Source: Haplodiscus bocki
Lineage: Eukaryota
Direction of reading: 5' to 3'
Assembly (NCBI GenBank): GCA_965655095.1
Contig: OZ296657.1
Span: 84,878,001-84,942,000, forward strand
DNA length: 64,000 nt
Below, piece after piece: positions 51,001-63,764 of the stretch. Under the pieces are notes generated by a model. It saw only the letters and a list, made by a program, of their open reading frames with translations, ran no database searches and was not told the DNA's origin. A program made the position numbers and the translations under genes. Every line of letters begins with the position of its first letter. Position 1 is the stretch's first letter.

Positions 51001-51296
51001 TAAAAAGATTTCTAAAAAGAAATAGCATACTTTTTTGAACATGGAAAACGTAAGATAACAGATGTAAAAGAATTTAGATTTCGAGGGTGGAGAGAATTTC
51101 CCGAGAATCTAATTTTAACAGAATGGTTTTTGTTTCGTGGATAAAGTTTTTGCTTTTCTGACTAGCTCTGCTCTCTCCAATTTGCTCTCTCGGCTTTACT
51201 CCAGTAATCCAAAACTGATAAGATGTTGAAGATGTCTTTTGATCATCGATGAATTAAATAAAACTGAACAACTTCTCGTACTACAGAATTACAACA
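48075..51296 (+). mobile_element. Possible decayed, internally deleted LTR retrotransposon
   Basis: Broken coding-like ORFs; integrase-C-terminal-like FVTKFLT..QVVHRI near 50815-50905; purine tract GAGGGTGGAGAGAA at 51083-51096 followed by ~200 bp with AATAAA ending ACA. No 5' LTR or RT recognised. Confidence 0.3.
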
Positions 51297-52539
51297 TTTC
51301 ATAGTCAGAGAATCCACAATTCAGCCAAATAAAATTCGTTCATCAACATGCAAGTGCTGAAGATCCAACTTCAACTAAGTCGCTAGTCCCAGACTTTTAA
51401 CTAACGCAAATGTTTTCCTCGGAATTGCGGCTCCTGGAGCTGGCGACAACACAATGTTCTAGAAATGTTTCTTGCCTCTGCGAGGCTCAACTTGCTTCTA
51501 GCTCCCTAACTGGGTTGTCTCTTTCAGTATACATCAACTCCTCCTTAGGTATGTTTGCTCATTGCACGTGTTTACATTTGCTATTACGGCGTATCAAGCG
51601 CTTCTAGCAACATAGTTATACACCTGAATAAACATTCCAAATATGCCTTGCTGTCTGTTCAGCGTAGCTCGATTCTTGACTAAAATTGAGATTCCTTAAA
51701 ATTCGAATCATCCGAGGTTTTAGCGAGAGAGAAGCGATCACTCAAGGACCTTCGCTTACATGGTTTAACATGTTTCTTACATGTCGGGGGTGGTTCCACT
51801 TCACAACTTGGCGTCGCGGTCATAAAATCTTCCCGTGAACTGAAATGCATAAATTACCGCGTTGCCGAAGCTAATTTGCATGTTCTAATTTATATTCTTC
51901 CCAGTAGGCAGACATCACTCTGCAATAACCATGAGTTCCAGCCATGGCCTAGAAGATATCACGTATCATCTAACGCTGCCGTATACCAACTTATATACTC
52001 CTAGGGTTAATTGTTTCCGAGTTACACGGTTGGCGCATGGTTTGTTTACTCAAGGCCGTTACCATGGATAGGTTACAAATACTGCTCCATATTCGTTAGA
52101 AATCGTTTACTCTCGTTCTTGCGATCCGTTTAAGATATCACAAGCCCAGATCAAAAGTTTCTTTTCCGCCGGGCCTGTGTGCCCGGTTGTGCGCACTTTA
52201 AACAAACAAAATCTCGTGCGGGTTAGACTGACCACTGTGACTTTCATGTATTTTACTTAAGGTTGATAGGTGGACATCTTGAACAAGTTTAATCATGGTA
52301 GGGTCGACTGGTGAAGATTGATATAACATTCAGGGTTTGTTTAGTTTACATAGGGTCGGTTCTTTTCCTACACGTGCCATAGGGGTTCGAAAATATGCGC
52401 GCACGGCTCAATAATCTAAAGGCTGTCGATTCTATAAAAAAAATTGACTAATTCGGCCTGCTACTAACGCGCCCGATGACGGATAGACCTACTACATTTC
52501 CGGTGCTAATAACTTGGGGCCGGGGGTCCCAATACGGTC

Positions 52540-52571
52540 CCCGTTTCATAGACGGGTTCTCCTAGACCTAG
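52540..52571 (+). mobile_element. Helitron-type 3' terminus
   Basis: Hairpin CCCGTTT-CAT-AGACGGG (52540-52556), 11-nt spacer, then CTAG|T. Confidence 0.55.
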
Positions 52572-54705
52572 TGTACACGTTTGCCAATTTTAAGGTCTCT
52601 GCGATTAATAGTCTTTGAGAAAGTCCTTACCGGGGGGGGGGGTTGGGTTTTTGTGATGCAAGCTCTCTTAGTAATGAGTCTAAAACTAATTTCGTCCAAA
52701 AGTGAAACTTGGTAGAAATCGCTTTCGTTCACCCTAACTTCACTCGATTGTTCTGACATTATTAGGTTTGACGTCACTGAATTTGCTCACTAACCATACC
52801 GGACCACTCGTTGTTTATCCTTCATTTCTTAACAACATCAAATTTAATGAATAAGCAACGGCGATTCATGCTATGGTCAGCCCCTTCAGCTGACCTGCTT
52901 GTTTCTTAGCATAACGAAAAGTGCTGAACACCGTTCTGCCAATAATCTGGGCTGCGCGCATAGACCATAGGCTTTTTGCAAAAATGCCAAAATCAAAAAA
53001 TCCTACAACAGATAATAACCTAGACTTAGAGCCAGTAGTAGCTCGCTGTCACAAGAAACCTGTAAAAACACTTTCTCAAATCAGAGAAAGCATGCGAAGA
53101 TATTCCAAAGATGTCAGAAAAGCGCTTGCTCGAACATTGTCAATCACTCCTTGCAAGTGCAAAAGTGATGGCAAATGGGGCAATCAATTGCACATCTGAT
53201 CCAATTAAAGAAGCTGGGAGGCCCATTAATTGGAGGATTCTTTTTTCTTCCTCTTGAAAAAAGTCTATTCCTGAATAAGGACTTGCTAAAAGTTTTACTT
53301 GCTAGGCGTAGCAACACAATTTCCGTAAACTGCTTTTATAAAAAGTGATGAGATCAAAACCCTTGCTGCTTATGGTTCACGTCTTTTTGATTGTAAAACG
53401 ATGCTTCTGAGATGCCTTAACGCTGAAGTAGCACTGCAACCGTCTCTGACGATTGCTGTGAGGGACAGTTTGACGGACACGACTTGCGTAAAGGACAAAT
53501 TTCATGGTTTGAGGAGAATTTTTTCATCCCTTTAAATTGTTTATATCCCTAATCATCTGTATTGTTTGTGCTGGTGTCTCTGTTCTGGGGCTTGGGAAGG
53601 TTGAAAATAGTTTTCCTCAGATTGACCGTAACTTACAACAAATAAGATTAGTATAATTGCTCCTGAAAACCTGAAGCTGCGACGGAAGAAACTGCTTCCC
53701 ACTTTGATGGTCCGAAAGTTTTTACACGATATGATTTTCCCCCAAGAAGTTACTTTCACAGAAAGCCTTCTTAGAATTGCATCAATCGTCGAAATGACTG
53801 AGGCTGGTTTCGTTCACTAGGAGGATTGATGGTGATGTTGGTCATGATTGAGATTGGTGCAGCTGAGCTAATCTGCAACGGCGATGTAATTCCATTCTCT
53901 TTTGAAATGGATTCGGTGGCGTTATCTGACTTTTTTAGTGTGTACGTTTATCTGATCCAGGCAAAGATAAAACACAATCCTCAGGTGTCAAATACACCCG
54001 AAAACCAATTCGTTATATCACGCTGACCAACAAGAATGTTTATCTCTTCGAAGTTTGAAGTAATACATACAGCCATTATCAGTAGTAAAGGAAGGGGGGT
54101 TTGCTGCATTTTTTGACTCCCAAACCGAAATGTTTTCAAGTCAAAAAGGTCAAAGTACAAAACCATCTGAAGCTGAACTTTGTTGATTGAGTACACTGAA
54201 TGTCGTTTCTGACTCATCGCTTCGATTGTTTTGACACTTATTTGCTAATCAGTCAAACTGTGACAACTGGTTCTACAAAGAGTGAAATATTTCACTTTCG
54301 AGAATTTGTTGATTCAGGGAGTGCGAATAAAGCATTTAACCCCTGAGAAAAGATTAAATGATGCTAAACTAAGCTTCCAAAGCATAACGCACCACCGTCG
54401 TAAAAGTAATTTCTTTCTCGAGCATTCGATAAGAGTTGAATTCAATACAAAAACGAAAACTAGCAAAAAACGGTAACAGCAGTATCGCGTTCGTACATTA
54501 CAGATTGCTAGCACACTTGGCACACTCACCAGGAACTTATCAAAGATCGTGACTGAGCCAAGTATGTTTTTTTTCCATTTTGATGGAAAACTCCTAGAGA
54601 CCGAATGGAAAAATGCCTATTAAGAGGTGGGTGAGACAACAACTGTGAGACGCTTCATTTTCAAAAGTTTTAATACCACAATCAGTTGCTGAAAAAAATC
54701 GCTAG

Positions 54706-55362
54706 TTGAAACAAATGACAACTGTTTTCAGAGAAATTCCATCAAACTTTTGGTTGCTCCTATTTCATACGGACGAAACTACCACTATTGAGAAGCTTTC
54801 TGAAACCACACGAAATACGTTTCCTGACCCGATGCCTCCCAGTCTGTGCAAGGTTCTACAAATTCTCGTGTACTCGCACAATGCTCAAAATTTAAGCCGA
54901 GAACACCTTCAAAATGAATTCAGCTGCGGGCAGTTGGAGGAAAATTGCCAAACGTTGCCCTCAAACCATCATCATATTCTGCTTTATCTTCCTGATTGTG
55001 CTGAAGGGGAAACTTTTCTGAAGCAGACTATTCTTCAAATTCTATCGACAACAAACAATGCGCATGTAAAAATGATGACAGTCTCATATCCGGAAAATTT
55101 TCTCAGAGCAGAAACAAACATCAAATCAGCCGCCAGTTCCATTTTAGTCAGAGGTGACAAGATGGAGTCCCTCATGAATCGGAAGACCACAGAAGGACTT
55201 GGCTGCAATTTCAAAAGTGTGCTTGAGTACGAAAAACACAACTCACTGGGAACATCCGTTGGGTCAGAGAAAGCATTGTTTCTTTTTCAACCTCTGCTGG
55301 AGCTTGAAAGTTCAGATTCACCTTTCAAAGACGACATATTGTCATACACTGATCTTCTTTGA
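54706..55362 (+). CDS. Uncharacterised ORF within or next to Polinton-2 (218 aa)
   Basis: Longest open frame of the accessory region; no motif recognised. Confidence 0.3.
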   Translation: MKQMTTVFREIPSNFWLLLFHTDETTTIEKLSETTRNTFPDPMPPSLCKVLQILVYSHNAQNLSREHLQNEFSCGQLEENCQTLPSNHHHILLYLPDCAEGETFLKQTILQILSTTNNAHVKMMTVSYPENFLRAETNIKSAASSILVRGDKMESLMNRKTTEGLGCNFKSVLEYEKHNSLGTSVGSEKALFLFQPLLELESSDSPFKDDILSYTDLL

Positions 55363-56430
55363 AAAAGACGGGCGATTGTACGTAGCTGAGCTCAGCCGGA
55401 CATTGGCTGTTGATTTGGGGGTAACAAATGCTCAATGCACGTGCTTCGATTGTATGACTCAACCGCTTCAAATCATCGGTTCGACGGCTCAAGAAGGCAA
55501 CAACTAGGCTTCGCAGCTTTTTTTGTTTATGATGAGAACACATTTATTGATGCAGCATTTTTGTAAAAGTTTTGTTATGAGCCAGACGTTTCTTTTAATT
55601 CAAACTTGCCTACTTAAATGTTTTCTTCGAAAGGCATTTGCGAAAACTTTGTGAAAGTAACATACTGGATCTCAAAAAAGACAACATCTAAAAACTCTTT
55701 TCATGCAGTTTGTCTCTACTTAGAGAAAACAATAAACTTAAATGAAGTTACATCAAGGGCATCTTTTGGTGGCAATGTTGGAGCAGGCGACAGCCTTCTA
55801 CACACCAACTTGAAGTTTTCAAAAGTTTTACTAATGCATGCAATCTTTCACAATGCCTATGGTTATATGAGGAGTGTCAAAAATGTGGGACCTGGTTATG
55901 CTTAAACCTTAACTACTGAAAAATGGTCCAAAAACTGCATGCTTTTGGGTCATTTTTCAGGAAATTTATTTCGGACGTTTATGAAATTTTGGAAGATTTA
56001 TTATTACGACAACTTTCCGTTCTAACCATTTCGATTCAACCCAACTGGAAAACGGTTGGGTTTGTCCAGCACCGGCAAAGTTTCCAGCGAACAATTTGCT
56101 TGCCATGCAAGGCGTTGAATCGAAACGTTCCATTGGTTATTACAGTGAATTTTGTGTAGATCAAGAACAACAGGTGGTGGATGAAGCTGACTTCGCAAAC
56201 ATTTGTCAATGTAACAACGATCGCCTTGTTTTTGATGAATACAATCAGCAACGAGCACCATTTTGTGTAAATTTTTGCGGCGGTGACAATTTAGAGCTCG
56301 ATCGGTCTTTACTTGTAGTATTAAATAATCACCTAGTTATTTTGAATCTTGTCATTTTTTGTGTAACCTTCCTCACATTCTGCGAAGCGGACAGTAGATT
56401 CGCATCAGGGATGCTAGCCTTCTTGTTAGC

Positions 56431-57133
56431 TTGCTTAGGTCATATTTTACCCACTCCAATGTAGTGAACAAGCGAATAAGTACCCAACTTCACTGCTTTG
56501 TTTCTGTTGTGGAACCTGCAGGATCGGGGAAAACCAAACTGAATTGGCGTATGATGGTCAATCAAGCAAAAAATTTTTCACCGAGCTTCATCAAATTTAT
56601 CTATTTTTGTAATCTTTATCAAAAACATTATGGAACTATTTTAATGACTTGTGAGTCCACACATGTTGACATTGAATTTATTCTAGGATTAGAATCGAAG
56701 TCTTTTGAAAAAGTTGAAGCCCAGAAGAAACGGATCTTGATAGTTCTCGCGGATTTATTCGAAGAAGCGCCAAAAAGCAAAACAATTCTAGCACTAGTTA
56801 CTGCCGGTCGACATCGCAACATCCTTTTTGGTGGCTTTAAGACACAATCTTTTTCATCACAGAAAAAGTTCAAAAACAACCGACCTGAATGTCACGCAGA
56901 TTAATCTCTTCAATAGCGCAAGAGTTTCAGAACAAGTTGATATTTTGGGACGTCAATTAGTTGAGCGACACTTGACAAGGGAAGCATATAAAAAAGCTAC
57001 TCGCAAACCTTTCGGTCAATTGATGATTGTTTTAGAAGTGAAAAGTAATAAAACACTGAGGTATTCTTCCGAGTGTTCTGCTGACGAACTCTCGTTGTTC
57101 AACAGATCAACTACACCTGAACTTAGGCAATGA
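56431..57133 (+). pseudogene. Packaging ATPase (FtsK/A32-like)
   Basis: Walker A-like VVEPAGSGKT, Walker B-like ILIVLADL, TAGRHRNI, HNLF...LN..QINLF..R..EQVDILGRQL; frameshift at about 56825. Confidence 0.88.
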
Positions 57134-57454
57134 GCTTACGAAATTTTTATGCAGTAGGTTTTTAAATCCAATTTCCTCTCACACTGAAAAGATGTTTCAA
57201 TGTGAACTGCTCTGATGAAGTAATTAAACTATTTTGCTACTGCATCTTTCACGTGATGGAAAGAAATGTCAAACTAGAGAAAAAATTGCAAGCGAAAATA
57301 TCAACACTTTCACGAGAAAAGAGCACTATAGCGACTCTCTGTTCAAAGAAAAACATTTCGCTCAAACGTAAGCGTCAGCTGCTGGCTTCTCCTAGAGGTT
57401 TACATTTATTGTAATTCATTGTTCCCTCGGTGCTAGGTCATTTAAAGTCTTACC

Positions 57455-57958
57455 ATGACATCAAACGGTAGCCTTAAAGAATTTATTCTAACAACTAACG
57501 AAGAATACTGTTTTCTCAAAAATCAACCACAACACGGAAACAAACGTGTGGATTCTTGCCAAAAACAGAAGCAGCAAATCCTCGCTTATGTACCAGCATC
57601 AATTTTTTTAAACAGCGAAAGTGAAGGGACCACGAATCCGTCTATCGACAAGAAACAAGCGTTGATTGCTCAAATCATTTTGAACTCAAGGTTTCAGGAT
57701 CAGAAGAAGCCAAGTAAAGAAACATCGACGTCACAAGCAAATACTGGCTACCAACAGAACAATACACCAGACAAAGTTATGGCCGACCTACTTCAATCGG
57801 GAAAACCTGGAGGAAAAATTGAACGGTCAAGACAATTCTTGAAGGCCATCCAAAAAAGCAACCGCGTCACCGTTGACGAGATGAATCAAAACGCTTTCCT
57901 CGTTGAACAGGATACATCAATAGATATAACTGACTTCCTAACTGCTCTCCAAGTTTAA
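57455..57958 (+). CDS. Polinton accessory ORF between ATPase and integrase (167 aa)
   Basis: ATG-initiated open frame; position typical of conserved Maverick ORFs of unknown function. Confidence 0.4.
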   Translation: MTSNGSLKEFILTTNEEYCFLKNQPQHGNKRVDSCQKQKQQILAYVPASIFLNSESEGTTNPSIDKKQALIAQIILNSRFQDQKKPSKETSTSQANTGYQQNNTPDKVMADLLQSGKPGGKIERSRQFLKAIQKSNRVTVDEMNQNAFLVEQDTSIDITDFLTALQV

Positions 57959-58159
57959 ACTGAACAGCTGCCCAAATGATTTCCAATTTGGTTGAGATAG
58001 TTGCTCAGCCACAAACTCTGCTGGCAAACACATACGATAGACAGACGAGTTCTAGAATTCAAAACCGGAGAGCGTACGGAGAATCCCCAAGCAGACGTCT
58101 CAAACTCGACACTGAAGCCCCCAGTAGTTGGCTGTTTCTCTGAATTTACTGTTCGACAA

Positions 58160-59331
58160 ATGATGCCAAAGAAATGGTTCTGCAGCTGCTGCCAAAAGCG
58201 GTTGGATAAGGGATCAAAACAAAACCCTCTGGTGTGGTGCCATGTGTGTGAATGGGTTCACTTCGCGTATTCAGGGTTGGAAAACAAAACTGATTATTTT
58301 GACAATTTTCTATGTTCAAAATGTTCAAGAAGTCGAGTTATGATTGAAGATGACGATCCGTTCGCAGTTGTATATACCAAGATTCACGGTGCCTATACAA
58401 ACCCAGAAAAAGTAACTGCATTTTGTAGTCCATTAATTTTTGCCAGGGCAACGAACTGCTTGCTCAAACATGTTAATCGCTACTTGAACTCGAGTGAAAC
58501 TTACAGCGTTTAAACTTAACCGAAAACGTTTTTCGAGACTTAAAGTTATCAGTTATCGACTGAATGAGGTTTGGTCTATCGACTTGGCTGGTATGCAGCA
58601 ACTTTCCAGCGAAAATTTGGGAGTTAGGTATGTTTGTGGTGGTCGACACTTTGAGTTGCTTTCTATGGGTCGTGGGCGTGAAGTCCAAGACATCTAAAGC
58701 TTGTTTAGAAGCGCTGAAAAATATATATATCGTCTAAAAACAAACTAACAAATATAAGCAACGAAATGCACCAAAAATTTGTGCAATCAGAAAGTTTCCC
58801 GAAAAGATATGGGCTGATCAAGGTAGAGAGTTTCTGGGTGAGTTAGCAAAGTTTTGCACAAAGAATGGTATAGAAATTTAGTCTACGAGAAGCGAGACAA
58901 AGTCAGCTGTGGCTCAGAGACATATAAAAACCTAAAAAACTATCATTTTCAATTACTTACATGAGCGTGACACAAATCGATTCATTGACTAACTTGAAAA
59001 ATTTGTCTCAATCATTAACAATAGAATCGATCGTATGACTAAGTTGGCTCCAATCGAAGCGTCCTAAAAAGTCGTTTCATACTTAATCTCTCTTTGCAAT
59101 ACTGTGACAACACAACGACCAGAGCTCAAAGTCGGCGACCGAGTTCGCATTTGAGAGAAAATTGGAACATTTCATCGTGGTTACAGGATACAGTTCATTG
59201 AAGAACTTTTTACACTTTTACACATACCTACAAAGAATCCGCTGACGTACGTTGTGAAGGACGTGAACGACGAAATCATACAGGGTGAATTTTATGAACC
59301 TGAACTTGTGAAAGTTGTCACAGCAAATTAA
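58160..59331 (+). pseudogene. Retroviral-like (rve) Maverick integrase with an N-terminal PHD finger
   Basis: CSCC...WCHVCEWVHFAY...FLCSKC in frame with YTNPE..AF...YLNSSETY; then NEVWSIDLAGM, IWADQGREF, TKSAVAQR, VGDRVRI, TYVVKD..EIIQGEFYEPELVKV; several stops and frameshifts. Confidence 0.88.
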
Positions 59332-59421
59332 ACGAGAACATAAGAGCGCAGGTGTCTGAAATAACCAAACCGCGTACCATCAACAATCTGTCAAAACCAG
59401 ACACTTTCATTTCTTCAAGAC

Positions 59422-60468
59422 ATGACTGCTTCTGAGAGTGCTGAATTCACGCTAAACTTAACTTGCAACGCGTCCATGGAAACATTTCCAGGAAACAAAT
59501 TGTCAATTTTCACAACACTTCTACCCACGCCTGTGACTCTCTCCGGGGAATGGCAGGTAGTTTTGCTGGAGATATCTTGGCCGGCAAGGGTTCGCAAAAC
59601 AACTGAAGGCCAAATCACCGTTTCGAAAGTTGTACCGCGCCCAAAGTCACCGCCGCCACAACAATCACCGAGCTAAACTATCCCAAGCAGAGTACCAGGG
59701 GTTGTGTCAATTAGAGTGCCGCAGCAGTTTAGAGAAGTCAAACCAGCATTCACGTTCACTAGTCCAGAAGTACGCTAAATTAAGCCAAGTTGCTATTCAT
59801 CCATTGATGATATCATGGAGGCAACAGTCAGAAGTGCTACTAGAAACGACAATGAAAAACTTCTCCCGCCAACAACTCAGCACCCTAAAGTTGCAACATG
59901 CCGTTCAACAAATTCTTCGTGGAAAGTTGACAAGGCGACGCAAGACCTTCACGTTAGGTTCTGGGGAAACATGGAGCAAAACGGTTTGGTTATCCGAAAG
60001 AAATCACAGGATTTGAAGAACATTTTGGGCTTGACAACAGTCATAGACTGCCAACACGGCGAGCACAAACAGGAATCAAAAAAGAACTTTGATGGCAACT
60101 GCCAAGACGATCAGCAAAATCAAAGAGATATCGTAATTGTACAGAACTCAAGTCAATGGCCGGTTGACTTGAAACCCGGAAGTCACACAATGTTTTTGTA
60201 TTGCGACTTGGTAGAAAATGACATCTTTGGTGACACACAAACTGTGTGGTTGCGTTCCATTCCCCTTGAAAGCTTGTCATTGACGGGCAACCGACAAAGG
60301 AAAGAAGTGAACCACAGGAGTTTTTCAAACTTGCAGTGGAAGCGAATATACAAAACACAATTTCATCCAACCACTCTGACTCTGGCCAATAAAATGGGTC
60401 AAAGAATGCCCTTTTTGAGCTGCGGCCGCACAAGCATTACTTTGGCACTCAGGACCAAGCCATGTTGA
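59422..60468 (+). pseudogene. Minor capsid (penton-like) protein
   Basis: FTLNLTCNASMETFPGNKLSIFTTLLP..LSGEWQVVLLEISWP...MFLYCDLVENDIFGD...LRSI; two in-frame TAA stops. Confidence 0.85.
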
Positions 60469-60646
60469 CGAGAACGATTGACTGAGAGACAACTAAGCAG
60501 AAGAAGGTTAATTAATCTTCTTCTCTCTAGTCGACGCCATTTGACAATCAGTCGCGGAACCAAACAATTGTTCCAAGCGTTTAGTTATCACTATCATAAA
60601 TCAGTCGCGTGTATGTATATCAAATTAGGTGATCACACAGAAAAAG

Positions 60647-61240
60647 ATGGATGCTCAATATGATTCCTAAAAACCAAGTAATCACAATCATCTTCGTGCT
60701 ACTCACCCAAACGCCTCTTTTAGCGGTCGAGTGCGGCAAATGGGAGCGGGTGCTGGTGGCTTGGGAGCGTTTGCCGTGCGAATGGGAAGAGTGTTAATTC
60801 CAGTTGTGCGGAGGTACATTCTGCCGGTAGTTAAACACTTCGGAAGAATTTTGTTGGAAGCGGCAATGCCTGAAAATGGTCAGGTTTTGGCCGGCAAGAA
60901 GAGACCCAGTGGCATGATGTTAAAACATGTTGCGGACACTGCTACCGAAAAAACTGTAAATACCTCGGCGCTGAGATTTTCAGACCGCTCGGCCGGGGCG
61001 AGCGTTGCACCGCAGCGGGCGGCGCGTTCCCAAAGCGGACGGGTGCCAGGCGGCCGGATAGCGCGCGAGCGGGTGGCCGGAGCAGACTGACCGCGGACCG
61101 GCAGTACAAATCGAAAGCGACAGAAGCTTTCAGCAGCATCAGTGCCCGAATCAACAACGACACAAATCATTTCCAAATCAAGTCCTGCCAAGAGAAGTTC
61201 GTCAGATATTCTGTTTGAAATTCAGTTTGCCCGACAGTAA
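60647..61240 (+). pseudogene. Basic core-protein-like ORF (pVII/PZ-like)
   Basis: MDAQY..FSGRVRQMGAGAGGLGAFA..GRVLIPVVRRY, with an Arg/Ala-rich GC-rich tail. Confidence 0.65.
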
Positions 61241-61323
61241 AACCACAACGACAACAGAGAAAAAGTGCAAAGAAACTGGCCCTACCAACAGCAACAACAA
61301 CAACGACCTTTTTTGGTAGTGCG

Positions 61324-62624
61324 ATGGAAATTGCGAGCCCGGACATTCACAGCGCTCTAGATTTTTTTGAGAAGCCCAACGCGTCAATCAATTACGAAAG
61401 TTCATACGATCAACAGGTTTTCCCACATGTAGGATATCGAGGCCGCCAGTTGAACTTGTTGTAAAGCTGAAGCAAAAAACTTGATTGACTTGAATCGTAT
61501 TCTGTTGAGTGTAAAAATGGGCGTCTACATGGAGGACGGAAAGGCCCGCGCCAAAGTCATTGAGCATCCAATAATTTTTTCGAACAACATGCTTCAGACA
61601 TTGTTTTCTCTCGCTTAATTGTATTTGAAGGGTAAACTCATTTCACACAGCAAAAACTGTTCTTTTCATGCTGCGTTCATCGAACCCGAACTTACAGCTC
61701 ACACCGACAGAAAGCAAACTTGGACAAAGTGTCAGGGATATGATTACTTGGCAAAAACGAGTCAGCAAAATCAAGAGTTCAATAAATTTTACGCTGATTT
61801 TGACCGCCAAAAACAATGCACGACCGAACATTACATATTGACTTCTTTGGCTGCCAGAAATTTCTGGTGTCCGGCGTCACGCTTCATTTACAACTTTTCC
61901 GTTTTCCCAATAACAAGATGCTTTTTATGAAGGGAACCGATGACGAAGCTAAGGCGCTTGATGGTAAAGTGCAAGCAACTTTTGCGAAAACTTCTCTTTT
62001 TGTGAGGAAAGTAGTGGTTACGGACAGGGTGGAATTGTCAAATGAGAAAACTCTCATAAACAGTTCGGCTTTTTACCCCTACATTGAAAATCTGAACAAA
62101 ATTTTTATCATACAAGCAGGTTAAAACAGTTTTGTGAAAGGAAACGTGTTTGAAACGGAACCAATCAGACGGCTAACTTTGTGTATTGTCAAAAAATTAC
62201 TCTTTCCAAGTAGAGCTTTAAACTCTTCGCATTTTTCATACAAAAATTCGACTTACAGCAAGTGGAAAGCCAGCGCGGGAGCGGGGTGCCCTTGGCTGGG
62301 ACACCAATAGACACAAGCAACAACGTTAGGCTCTGATACAATACATTTACGGCTCTTGGGTTCAGCAAAAATGGGAAGGGACTAAAATTGGAAGATTTCG
62401 AGGACAATCAGTTTTTCCTCGTTTTGGATCCAACATCAACGGAAGAGGCTAGGAGAAGCTTAACCTTGTTTCCCCAAATCACTGGATTGAGTCTAACCTT
62501 GAAATTATATTTCTCTACTGCTCTTGATGATGCAAATGAATTTTTTCTAATTGGCGAGATGTCCAGTCATGTGTTCATCGATTCTGCTCGAAATATCTCC
62601 AAGAATACATTAATCGACGGATAA
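61324..62624 (+). pseudogene. Major capsid protein (double jelly-roll)
   Basis: HSALDFFEKP; LIDLNRI; LHIDFFGCQKFLVSGVTLHLQL; FIIQAG; FFLVLDPTSTEE..LFP...LTLKLYFS..FIDSAR. Confidence 0.87.
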
Positions 62625-63180
62625 GTTCACAATTGGAAAAATTGCAACAAAGTGTTTTAGTACATTCCACATTTTTGGTGGCTTTTGGTCGTCGGACAAT
62701 TTCCCTAAACGCAAGATGACTGCGTGGAAAAACAAAAAAAGAGCAGCGCCAACAAAAATAAAAAGGAACCAAGCTCGAAAATTTCACAACTGAGAAAATT
62801 TCAAACAAAAAACTCTTCGCCGTCAAATAAAAGCAGTGAGCATTGGATTATACTGTGTGCAATCTACAATGGTGATCAAGTTGGAGTTTTTGTTTGGGAT
62901 TGCCTCGGCAGGCCTCTATGCTAATACGATCAATTCTACAGCAGACCTTGGAAGTAATACGGAAACTGTGGAGGTTTCCCAGCGATCAACATACCTTTGC
63001 CAAAGCTTCATTCTAACCTGTGTGGTCTGTACTGCTTGTATCTAGCACACTGTTCGGTCAGGAAACACTTCAACGAGTACAAACTGCAAAAAAACGCCAC
63101 TTCAATTGAAACCACCGAAATTCATATAGTACGCTTCTTTAAAGAATATGTTAAATGTAGTCAAGTTAATCATAGAAGCT
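62617..63180 (+). pseudogene. Adenain-like cysteine protease
   Basis: FGGFWSSDNFP; SEHWII; VWDCLGRP; SNLCGLYCLY (His/Asp/Cys triad motifs). Confidence 0.85.
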
Positions 63181-63764
63181 GATAATATTGTCGATTTGTA
63201 ATGAATTTATTGTTTAAGGCAAGACTGTGTTGCGAAGACGTTGAAAGTTTACTAGTTTTTAGGCCACAGTTTCATCTGTGTCAGCGCCTTCGCTAAAGCA
63301 GGCTCGCTTCCTGGTTCTCTTGAAAGCTGGCACATCTGCTGGGTCTTCCTCTTTGGCTTCCCAGTCAATGAAGGGACATTTTGGGCCTGGACTAGAAGAG
63401 TCATCATTACCGTCAGCCATTGAAGATAGTTGATCCCAGTCAACAAAGTCGGATAGTTCGCTATCCGATATAGGAGGCTGGTTGAGGAGGAAGATGCTAA
63501 AAAAGAGAGCGTTGATTTTAACAAATGGATAAGACAGAACCACGCAAACATTTACCATACGTAATTAAAGACCAATGAAAATGTTACTGCTGTAGAGGTT
63601 GGACTTTACGCAATGAAAATTCTTGCTTTTCCCACAAATCACAAGAAGAAGGTAATGTTTTGAGCATATCATGCAAAAAACCAGGAGGTTTCGTTGTCTT
63701 GCTGTAATTCGACGACTCAGAGTCGAGATCAGTAGTGGAACTACTGGTGAAAGTTCGAGTCAAT

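Noticed and set aside
52515-52560. HDV-like ribozyme (GGCCGG...GGTCCC)
   Set aside because: Only 12 nt lie between the P1 strands, too short for P2/P3/L3; a Helitron end fits better.
56431-63180. Alternative genetic code or programmed readthrough explaining stops in the viral ORFs
   Set aside because: Stops are of mixed type and come with frameshifts and catalytic-motif substitutions, while SEC24 is clean in the standard code. This is ordinary decay.
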